A stretch of DNA of 64,000 nt from IMG/VR virus record IMGVR_UViG_3300002307_000027, positions 51,970 to 115,969 of that record. One strand, written 5' to 3'. The notes under the pieces were generated by a model. The model was given only the letters and a program-made list of their open reading frames with translations, searched no databases and had not been told where the DNA came from. Shown here piece by piece: positions 56,482-64,000 of this stretch. The translations under genes and the position numbers were made by a program. The stretch comes from a virus. The stretch's first letter is position 1. Each line of letters starts with the position of its first letter.

Positions 56482-56531
56482 TAAAGGTGATAAAAGGTGA
56501 TAGCTAATAAATATAAAGGTGATAAAAGGTG
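56482..56531 (+). repeat. Four AAAGGTG direct repeats (two TAAAGGTGATAAAAGGTG blocks)
   Basis: Copies at 56483, 56493, 56515 and 56525. Confidence 0.8.
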
Positions 56532-56536
56532 GTAGT

Positions 56537-56842
56537 ATGACAGATAGACCCGTATGCATTAGATGCGAATCAAATCCTAGAGCAGTAAATTATAAGAAAA
56601 ACGACAAGGTCTATTTTAGGAGTATGTGCAATGCTTGCTTAGTTAAAGCAGCTAAACGCCACAGGAATGCGTGGATTAAAAAAGGTTATAAGAAAAAAAT
56701 GACTTGTGAAGCTTGCAAGTTTATACCTAAGCATCCTGATCAACTAACTGTCGTTAATTATAAAGAGAATTTTAAAACAGTGTGTTTAAACTGTGAATGC
56801 TTATCAGATATTGTTTTTTCTAATGTCACACCAGATTTTTAA
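56537..56842 (+). CDS. Zinc-binding (4x CxxC), degenerate HNH-like protein
   Basis: CIRC, CNAC, CEAC, CLNC. Confidence 0.7.
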   Translation: MTDRPVCIRCESNPRAVNYKKNDKVYFRSMCNACLVKAAKRHRNAWIKKGYKKKMTCEACKFIPKHPDQLTVVNYKENFKTVCLNCECLSDIVFSNVTPDF

Positions 56843-57407
56843 TTGTAGCTTGTAGTTCTTCTAGCGTTCCGTTGTTCTCGATTGTTTGGTTGAACTTGGC
56901 TCTAATCCATTGCCATTCGCTTGGATGTATGTCTGTAGGAGCCGAGCCGCCCAGCTTATACTGATCAAACCATTTAGGATTAGGGCCTCTCTTAACTTGC
57001 CAGACCTGTCCACCTAGCTTGTTAATCATATCTATTTCATTAGGAAATCTAGTATCAGGTACGACATAGTTAGTTCCTTTGTGTATCTTACGTTCTATGC
57101 TGGCTATCCATATGTCTTTATGGAAACCATCTCGGCATACTTCTGTTCCCCACTGCTGCAAGACCCAGCGAGGAGTTAAATTAGGTACACCTAGTCTATT
57201 TGCCCACCAAGTGTCCTTAGTTTCTCGCCACATCCTGCTAACATCTGTGTCACCCTCTAATAGTTCTCGGGGCCAACTGAAAACACTTGCTACAGTGTCT
57301 TTTAGGCTATCAGCGAAACTAATCTTCTGATAACCATAATCATTTTGTAAAATATCTGCTACGGTTCCTTTACCGGAACCTATAAATCCAACTACGCCAA
57401 TAATCAT
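56826..57407 (-). CDS. Deoxynucleoside monophosphate kinase (T4 gp1-like)
   Basis: GFIGSGKGT, SFADSLK, PRWVLQQWGTE, DTRFPNE, HPSE. Confidence 0.93.
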   Translation of the reverse strand: MIIGVVGFIGSGKGTVADILQNDYGYQKISFADSLKDTVASVFSWPRELLEGDTDVSRMWRETKDTWWANRLGVPNLTPRWVLQQWGTEVCRDGFHKDIWIASIERKIHKGTNYVVPDTRFPNEIDMINKLGGQVWQVKRGPNPKWFDQYKLGGSAPTDIHPSEWQWIRAKFNQTIENNGTLEELQATIKNLV

Positions 57408-57438
57408 AATTTAATATTAATATAGAAATAGATTTTTG

Positions 57439-58197
57439 TCAACCTATAATCAGTGTATAACCTTGACCGCCGGTTACTTGCTCCATTAATTCTTTTTCTA
57501 ACTTTTCAATATCCGCTTTTGCTTCGGCTTTTAGAGCAGTACCATTTAGTGAACTACCACCCTGTGGCCCAGCAATTTGGGTAAACTTTTCACGAGCTTC
57601 ACCTATCATTAACTTGCAATTAGCTAGTGTATAATCTTTAATCCACTGGTTAGCAAACACATCTTGTAGTATAACAAAGTCCGGACGATAGTTATAAGTC
57701 CATAGTAATATCTGTTCATTGCCCATAGGACGCTGCGTGATAGTTAATGTATGTGTGCTTTGATTGTAGTTGTAATTAATAAAACTACCAAACATACGTC
57801 CTACCATTTCTTGGTATTGGGCAAACATTTCGTATGTAGCTAAGCCTCCCATATTAGAACTAGATAATAAGTAGGTATTAGTATAGGCCATATTAAAAGG
57901 CTCAAATGTAGTTCCACCGTCGCCCATGCCCGATCTTGAACCTATGCTACGACGGAATAGTTGACGTACACTGATAATCTCTTTAGGTAATTTATAAGTG
58001 TTAGTGTTGACTTCTAGTGTGAGGAACATATAGCTTTCTTCAACTGAGCTGTCCCCACGCTGTCTATATTTGCTTAGAGCACGATCTAATGCGGTTTGAT
58101 AATGTAGAGGATCTAATTCTAGATCTATCATTCCGCCGCCGAGCATAGCAGTCGCGTAGTCATAAACTTGTTGTTTTAGATCGTCTAATTGGCTCAT
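57439..58197 (-). CDS. Neck protein (T4 gp13-like)
   Basis: LGGGMIDLEL...KFTQIAGPQGGSSLNG; start ATG 58197 follows ATAAATA. Confidence 0.85.
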   Translation of the reverse strand: MSQLDDLKQQVYDYATAMLGGGMIDLELDPLHYQTALDRALSKYRQRGDSSVEESYMFLTLEVNTNTYKLPKEIISVRQLFRRSIGSRSGMGDGGTTFEPFNMAYTNTYLLSSSNMGGLATYEMFAQYQEMVGRMFGSFINYNYNQSTHTLTITQRPMGNEQILLWTYNYRPDFVILQDVFANQWIKDYTLANCKLMIGEAREKFTQIAGPQGGSSLNGTALKAEAKADIEKLEKELMEQVTGGQGYTLIIG

Positions 58198-58643
58198 ATT
58201 GTATTTATCGGTTCGTCTTTTATTACCTTGCCCCAGGAGACAACATTCCATATACGTTCAGTTATAAAATACATACAAAGATTTAAAACAAATTGTGTTG
58301 TAGCCATTATGATAGCTTCTAAATCACTTGAGGCCCATATTGCTCTAGCAAACAGTGCTGATACCGATAATGCAATCAACCTATACAATACGGATTTTAT
58401 CATAGTCCGCCACTTAGCGTCTTTTCCTAAGATGTCTCTTTTCCAAGATATTCTTACCCATATCCTATCATAAACATAGAATATAACTATACCGCTTAGT
58501 AAACTAGCTATACCAAACTTAAACGCTTGTTCAGTAGTTCCACCAAACGCTAATGTAAGACTTATTGCTAGTGTGACAGAAAAAAATCTATAAAGTACAG
58601 ATTTAACTGTAGTCCTTAAATGTGTTTCGTTAAATGTTATCAT
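58194..58643 (-). CDS. Membrane protein with tandem DUF2061-like domains
   Basis: Two copies of RTxxKSVLYR...(D/E)RIW..(I/V)SW. Confidence 0.75.
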   Translation of the reverse strand: MITFNETHLRTTVKSVLYRFFSVTLAISLTLAFGGTTEQAFKFGIASLLSGIVIFYVYDRIWVRISWKRDILGKDAKWRTMIKSVLYRLIALSVSALFARAIWASSDLEAIIMATTQFVLNLCMYFITERIWNVVSWGKVIKDEPINTI

Positions 58644-58674
58644 TAATACTCCATAAAATAAAAATATAGAGTAT

Positions 58675-59388
58675 TTAAGCTAGGGTTGCTTTCCTTGCTT
58701 CTATTGCGGCGGATATACGTGCCTTTTCTGTAGCTCTGCGAGCATTACGTGTTTCTGCTGTTGCCTCACGATTTGCTGCTGAGTCTGCGATACGTGCTGC
58801 TTTTCTTTCAGCTTGGTAAGCTGCTGCTTCTTCAGGTGTACGTAGGCTAGCTGCTGCTAATGTTCTTGTTCCAGGTGCGCCTTCACGTACAGGTTGTGCC
58901 GCGCGGCGCCTTGCTTTTGATGCTGCGGTTTTTTCTGCTTTAATAGCTGCTCTTTGTGCTTTTTCTTCTGGAGTAGTTGCTTTAAACATCTTAATATTAT
59001 TTGGGTTAGTTGCCCAAGCTTCTTTACGTGCTGCTCTATCTGTTAGTTTTTCTTCTTTTTTAGCTGCACTAGCAGCCTTTTTAGTATCCCATCTTTCAGC
59101 TCTAGTTGCGTGTGGGGTACGTGCTGATGCCTTAGATGCTTTAGCTGCTCTAGCAGTTAGTGCTTCTGGTAGACTACTAATAGAAGCTAATCCACCAACA
59201 ACAGTTTCGTCAACTACTATTAATGGAACTGTCTTTATATTTGGATAAGCTGCCTTAAATGCATCTATATCTTCTTTGCTTTTTAGAGCCTTCTCTTCAA
59301 CTGTATACCCTAGAGATTTTAGAGCTTTTAAAGCAGCCAAACATTCTTGACTGCCTTTCTTTGTCCATACTGTGGCGTTCTTTGTCAT
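58675..59388 (-). CDS. Glutaredoxin-fold protein with a long Ala/Lys/Arg-rich tail
   Basis: VWTKKGSQEC...KTVPLI...VVGG; basic C-terminal half. Confidence 0.75.
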   Translation of the reverse strand: MTKNATVWTKKGSQECLAALKALKSLGYTVEEKALKSKEDIDAFKAAYPNIKTVPLIVVDETVVGGLASISSLPEALTARAAKASKASARTPHATRAERWDTKKAASAAKKEEKLTDRAARKEAWATNPNNIKMFKATTPEEKAQRAAIKAEKTAASKARRRAAQPVREGAPGTRTLAAASLRTPEEAAAYQAERKAARIADSAANREATAETRNARRATEKARISAAIEARKATLA

Positions 59389-59416
59389 TTTTTATTTCCT
59401 TGTCTATAAACAGCTA

Positions 59417-62400
59417 TTAGCTAGCTCTTTCAATGATCCATCTGTCAGTGTCGATTTTTAACACAGTACTATATGTATTAGCTGGGATTGGAACACTAGT
59501 ACTTGCGCCACTGTTGCTTACTATAATAGTAGTAGTACCGCTATATAATGGTTCTACAGTAAATGAGTTGTCTGCGCTAATAATAGTTATTACAGTTCCT
59601 ATTGGAAAAGCTACACCGGCGTTGGTTGGAATCTTAATCTTACCAGTTCCTGTGTTATAAATGTGCCCGCCGCGATCGTTATATACTAAAGTGTAATCTC
59701 CTGATGTAACTTTAGTTTGAGCCATTTCTTTACCGAGGACGCTAATATCGTTGTTGTCAACAATGTCGCCGCCTGGTGGTAATACAATCTTACCTTCGCG
59801 TGTGAAATAGAAATATGTGTCGTCTGCTGCTATTTCAATATCATAAGGATCGCCATCTACATAATCAGTTGCACCAATATAAGTGTAGCTGTCATATCCT
59901 TCGCCGTCACCCATTCTCCAGTAGCCTATGCTTTGGACATAGCCATCATAATCCATATCCAACTCACCATAACGTGTGAAGTAGAAGTTGTGGTAACCAT
60001 CACCCTGTCCGTAAGTATATAATCTAATATCACCCGGGCCACCGTAATAGTTGTAACCTTGGATAAATGATTGTTCTGTCCAATCGCCTTGATAATCGCC
60101 GATCTTCCAGTAGCCAGGTGTCTGTAATAATGCTGAATCTGGTTGATATACTACACCGTAGTCATCACCATTGCAATCATTGCTAAAGTTCCACTGATAA
60201 TCTTCAGTGTTGATGTGTGTACCAAAGTAGTCTACCTGGGTATAGTTTGTGCCGCCATCATAACTTAGACGAGTAAACCCTGCATCATTACCGGTTTGAT
60301 CAATAAACTGTATATTTTGTACAGTGCCGCCATTATTATAAATGGTGTAGCTAGTAATGTCCCCATTAACCTGCTGATATCGCTGTGAAAGGCCTTGATT
60401 GTTACTGAAAAATATTCTGTAATAGTTGACAGAGTTACCATATACGTATTGCAGTTGGTTTCCTGAATAACTATTCCAACTAAGCTCTATCCTTGAAGTT
60501 GCACCTGTAGTTGTTACAGTAACTGAATTGCTTGGATATGCCTGTCGACCTGAATCGTCAAATGCTACTATATAGATAGTATAAATTGCAGCTGGCAATG
60601 CGCCGCCAGTGGTAAAAGGAGTGGACCCGGAGAAGTTTGGTGTATTTGGTAGTCCTGTACCAGATGCACTATCGATGATAAATGTACCGTTGTTTACATA
60701 GATACCTCTATCGACAAACTGATCACTATTATTAGTATCATCACTGGCTTCGTCATATAAGTAAATACCGTGTATTACTGAGTCGCCATATATCTCATTG
60801 TCGTAGCCTTCACCTTGGCCTACTGCAATACGTTCGCTATAGAAATAACCGCCGGCGTTTTCAAAGTTCCAATAATAATCATATGACTTAATAACTACAC
60901 TGTTATGAGATTGATTATCGTCCCAGTATCCTTCGCCGTCGTTGTATGTAGCGATAGCGTTAGTATAGGTGCTGCCAAAGCCATAGAACCCTTCAGAACC
61001 AGTTACACTTGTACTAATAGCCCATTGACTGTTGCTTGGATCAATAGTTATACCACCGGTACCAAACGCTTGATCTTCACTTAGTCCACTTCTAGTCCAC
61101 TGTGGATCACCGTTTGCTATTTGAAGAGTGAAAATATCACTTACGCTTAGAAAGTTGGTATAACCTGGTACAGTGTTGCTGTGTGAACGTAGTAGAGCGC
61201 CGTGTGTAGTAACAGTTCCGTATGCTACGCTAAAGGTATTGTCTACGTTTTGTATCCAAGTATTCTGAGCTGCACGACCTAGTGTAGTTGACTGCCAAGT
61301 GTTTAGATCTGTAGTCCTATATGCTCTCTCTAGGTTGTCCCAGCTAAAGCCAATGAATGCTCCATCACCGTAGCAGATATTAGCAATACCATCTCCACGA
61401 CTGCGATACATTACTGGAGTAAATTCTATGTTTACTGTGTCACCATCATCACCGTTCCAAGGAAACTGCATAGTAACATTATTACCGTCAATACTTAGGA
61501 TTTTGTTTACTGCACCTGTAGTACTACTACCAGTATTATCAACTTCCCAATTAGTTAATCCGTTATAACCTTCTGCTACCATTCCTACTCTTAGATCGCT
61601 AGCATCGTCTACGATAACAGTATAATCACCAAATCTTCCAGTAACGTCTACGTCTGAATAAAGACCATTACTACCTACCGATACTACTGGATCTGTTAGA
61701 TCAGTGTCGTGATAGAGTTCAATATATCCACCGTTGTTATATTTTGTGTGGAATGTACCATTAAGTTCTGCTATTCTGCTACCTTCAATAGTTACTCTCT
61801 CACCATCGTAAGGTTGACTATTATTCCAGTTGCTAATTCTAACTGGAGTATTTGCTACTGTATTGAATATTTTTACATTGTTTGGTGTTGTCTGTAGTAT
61901 CTTCCAAGTTAGTCCTTGATCGCTAGTTGCATACACACCATATTGTCCGTCACTGAAAACTATCCAGTTAGTGTCGCCAAGTTGACCAGCAGCTACGTCT
62001 TGTATGCAGTCGTAGAAGTTATCGCCGTTTATAGCCCTAAACTTTTCACGTAGATCAACTGTACGCCAAGATCCAGTTCGCGGATCGCTGTTGCTGTTGA
62101 AGTAAGCAGCAGGCCCGCCAGTTACTGCATCGTAGTTTGCCCAGGCTACCCAACCATGTCCGTCAAATGCTGCAAAATATGAACCTGGGATCTGCGCGAT
62201 CCTTGAGCTTACATTGAGTGCTGCGGTTATACTAGTGATATAAAATGCGCCGGCTGGATTGCGTGAAATACCAGTTCCATCATAATCCCAATGCATTGCA
62301 AATAACCAACCATTAGTACCGTAAGCAACATCACCAATTGCTATACCACTAACATCGTTGCTGTGTGCTCCGCGTTCTGCTTCGATTAAAGTATTCATAT

Positions 62401-63043
62401 AAGATAGATCAATATTAATATTAGTCCAGTTATCTCCGTCTGTGCTGTATACAGCAACTGGATAACGATAATCATCGCGATCGTCATCATAATAACTACC
62501 AACTGCTATAAAATAACCATTAACATAGCGAACGTTCCACCAGTGAATTTCTTCGCCTAACGGGCCGCGACGTACATTATCACTAGTTGGCTTCTGTGGT
62601 TGCTCAAATGGGTTGTGTGCAAAACGTAGTTCATATCTACTAACATTTTGATCGCTGAATTCAGCATATTCGTAGGTCCTATAAACTATATAGCCGCCAC
62701 CAACTGCTAGTCCGTTAATATCCCATTTTTGGTAACTTGTAAACTGTTTATTTGGAAAAGATGGTGTCCAGTTAATTCCATCTGTACTAACTGATACAGT
62801 ACCAGCCCACGGTGGACCTATGTCGTTATCCATTCCGTTGAGCTTAACGAACATATTTTCTGTTAGTGTTTCAGTATCACCACTAGTCTGTACATATGCG
62901 AGATCATTCCAAGCAGTAACTCCGTTACCAACTTTCATTGCGTGTGTATCGAGCTCAACTCCGGGCTCACCAAGTGATAACACTGGGTTTGTAGCTTGCC
63001 AGTTAGCAGCATAATCTCTTCTGAGTTGAATTTTAGTTGCCAT
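59417..63043 (-). CDS. Tail fibre / receptor-binding protein
   Basis: IQLRRD...NPVLSLGEPGVELDT...KVGNGVTAWNDL N-terminal anchor; SxDGxxW repeats. Confidence 0.85.
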   Translation of the reverse strand: MATKIQLRRDYAANWQATNPVLSLGEPGVELDTHAMKVGNGVTAWNDLAYVQTSGDTETLTENMFVKLNGMDNDIGPPWAGTVSVSTDGINWTPSFPNKQFTSYQKWDINGLAVGGGYIVYRTYEYAEFSDQNVSRYELRFAHNPFEQPQKPTSDNVRRGPLGEEIHWWNVRYVNGYFIAVGSYYDDDRDDYRYPVAVYSTDGDNWTNINIDLSYMNTLIEAERGAHSNDVSGIAIGDVAYGTNGWLFAMHWDYDGTGISRNPAGAFYITSITAALNVSSRIAQIPGSYFAAFDGHGWVAWANYDAVTGGPAAYFNSNSDPRTGSWRTVDLREKFRAINGDNFYDCIQDVAAGQLGDTNWIVFSDGQYGVYATSDQGLTWKILQTTPNNVKIFNTVANTPVRISNWNNSQPYDGERVTIEGSRIAELNGTFHTKYNNGGYIELYHDTDLTDPVVSVGSNGLYSDVDVTGRFGDYTVIVDDASDLRVGMVAEGYNGLTNWEVDNTGSSTTGAVNKILSIDGNNVTMQFPWNGDDGDTVNIEFTPVMYRSRGDGIANICYGDGAFIGFSWDNLERAYRTTDLNTWQSTTLGRAAQNTWIQNVDNTFSVAYGTVTTHGALLRSHSNTVPGYTNFLSVSDIFTLQIANGDPQWTRSGLSEDQAFGTGGITIDPSNSQWAISTSVTGSEGFYGFGSTYTNAIATYNDGEGYWDDNQSHNSVVIKSYDYYWNFENAGGYFYSERIAVGQGEGYDNEIYGDSVIHGIYLYDEASDDTNNSDQFVDRGIYVNNGTFIIDSASGTGLPNTPNFSGSTPFTTGGALPAAIYTIYIVAFDDSGRQAYPSNSVTVTTTGATSRIELSWNSYSGNQLQYVYGNSVNYYRIFFSNNQGLSQRYQQVNGDITSYTIYNNGGTVQNIQFIDQTGNDAGFTRLSYDGGTNYTQVDYFGTHINTEDYQWNFSNDCNGDDYGVVYQPDSALLQTPGYWKIGDYQGDWTEQSFIQGYNYYGGPGDIRLYTYGQGDGYHNFYFTRYGELDMDYDGYVQSIGYWRMGDGEGYDSYTYIGATDYVDGDPYDIEIAADDTYFYFTREGKIVLPPGGDIVDNNDISVLGKEMAQTKVTSGDYTLVYNDRGGHIYNTGTGKIKIPTNAGVAFPIGTVITIISADNSFTVEPLYSGTTTIIVSNSGASTSVPIPANTYSTVLKIDTDRWIIERAS

Positions 63044-63133
63044 TATAATGATCTCCGCTTTATGTTATTTATCTTTGATTTATGTTTATGTTCGCCAGGT
63101 GAATGTTAAAGTCATTGTGTAACATAATTATTG

Positions 63134-64000
63134 TTAGGCTGTGTTTCTTGTACGTGTAGCAACGAACACATACTCACCTTGTGACGAACAAGTCCAAGTA
63201 TATCCGTTTATTCCTACATTATAATCAAGTTGACCTAAGGTATCTGGGGTTGAATTATTTTTACTTGTTCCTACTAGGAAAGTGTTACCTGATCCACCAC
63301 CACATAACCATAATTCAACTTGTCCTGTAATGTGGTCGTTTATTAATATCTGACCTGAGAATCCTGGAAACGAAACAACATCTCCAATATCAGCATTAAT
63401 AGTCAATGATGAAGCATCATAGTTATAACTGCTAATCGTTGAAATACCGTTGATAATAGGATTTACTAGCTTAGATGATATCTGCGCACCATTTGGTAGT
63501 GTTAGTAAGCCGTCTATTCCAAAGTTCCATTTTTGATCAACTTCTACTAACAAATATGTTCCGCTTGATTGAGGAATATCTACTATACCACCTGCGCTTG
63601 TATCACTGCCGGGAGTTAGAGCATAATGATATGGACTGCTATCAATATAAGCATTATCACCAGCATCTTGAACTCTTAGTAATAATCTTACTCCATTTTT
63701 TAATGGAGCAACGTATCTAGGAATTGGATAAGTTTCAACATCGACATTATATTCAGCAGTGTTAGTTATACGCAGCCCTGCTATTGAACCTACAAGATGC
63801 ATATTAGTAGCATCCCACATGCCAATTGAATTTGTAATTCCATCAAATACTGTTACATCATTAAAACTACCAACTCTAACACCGTCATACCACATGGCCA
63901 TAGCCCCAAGATTTCCAGGTCCTGGTGCTGCACCTTTTCTAACAAGTATAAGATGATGCCAGCTACTGTTTAATGTAGGAACAGTAAATTGAATATTACT
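63134..64000 (-). CDS. Tail fibre protein with a LamG-like domain (5'-truncated)
   Basis: Frame open to the window end; WHHLILVR...WYDG. Confidence 0.75.
   Translation of the reverse strand, partial: SNIQFTVPTLNSSWHHLILVRKGAAPGPGNLGAMAMWYDGVRVGSFNDVTVFDGITNSIGMWDATNMHLVGSIAGLRITNTAEYNVDVETYPIPRYVAPLKNGVRLLLRVQDAGDNAYIDSSPYHYALTPGSDTSAGGIVDIPQSSGTYLLVEVDQKWNFGIDGLLTLPNGAQISSKLVNPIINGISTISSYNYDASSLTINADIGDVVSFPGFSGQILINDHITGQVELWLCGGGSGNTFLVGTSKNNSTPDTLGQLDYNVGINGYTWTCSSQGEYVFVATRTRNTA

Noticed and set aside
24784-64000. Stop-codon reassignment suggested by abundant TAG
   Set aside because: Core genes are full length in code 11, and TAG terminates several genes; no suppressor tRNA is seen
1-64000. 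Integrase, transposase or prophage boundary
   Set aside because: No recombinase or transposase motifs, and no host-chromosome context recognised

Overview
A 64-kb segment of a large T4-related contractile-tailed phage (Rak2/jumbo-like gene set). The host is probably an alphaproteobacterium, inferred from a DUF1127 gene, a rhizobial-type SLT and a PhaR-box-like site. The left ~22 kb is an early/host-takeover region of about 75 tiny ORFs. They are organised as cassettes behind about 32 copies of a promoter-leader-RBS repeat (TTGACA-N16-TATTAT), and the upstream gene often ends on the TGA inside the next -35 box. This region also holds two tRNAs, several promoter-driven structured non-coding segments, an ArfA-like gene and a HigA-like mini-antitoxin. 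At 21.05-22.08 kb a leftward mini-operon has almost completely purged 5'-YC/5'-GR dinucleotides, even at the cost of amino-acid changes relative to a paralogue. It sits beside a probable terminus/packaging signal at about 22.1-22.4 kb. The right ~42 kb is the conserved core, mostly on the minus strand: helicase, carbamoyltransferase, primase, mini-DnaE, UvsW/Y/X, SSB, terminase, large internal/ejection proteins, tail tube and sheath, dNMP kinase, neck and tail fibres, with ATAAATA late promoters. All calls were made by eye; no database searches were run.
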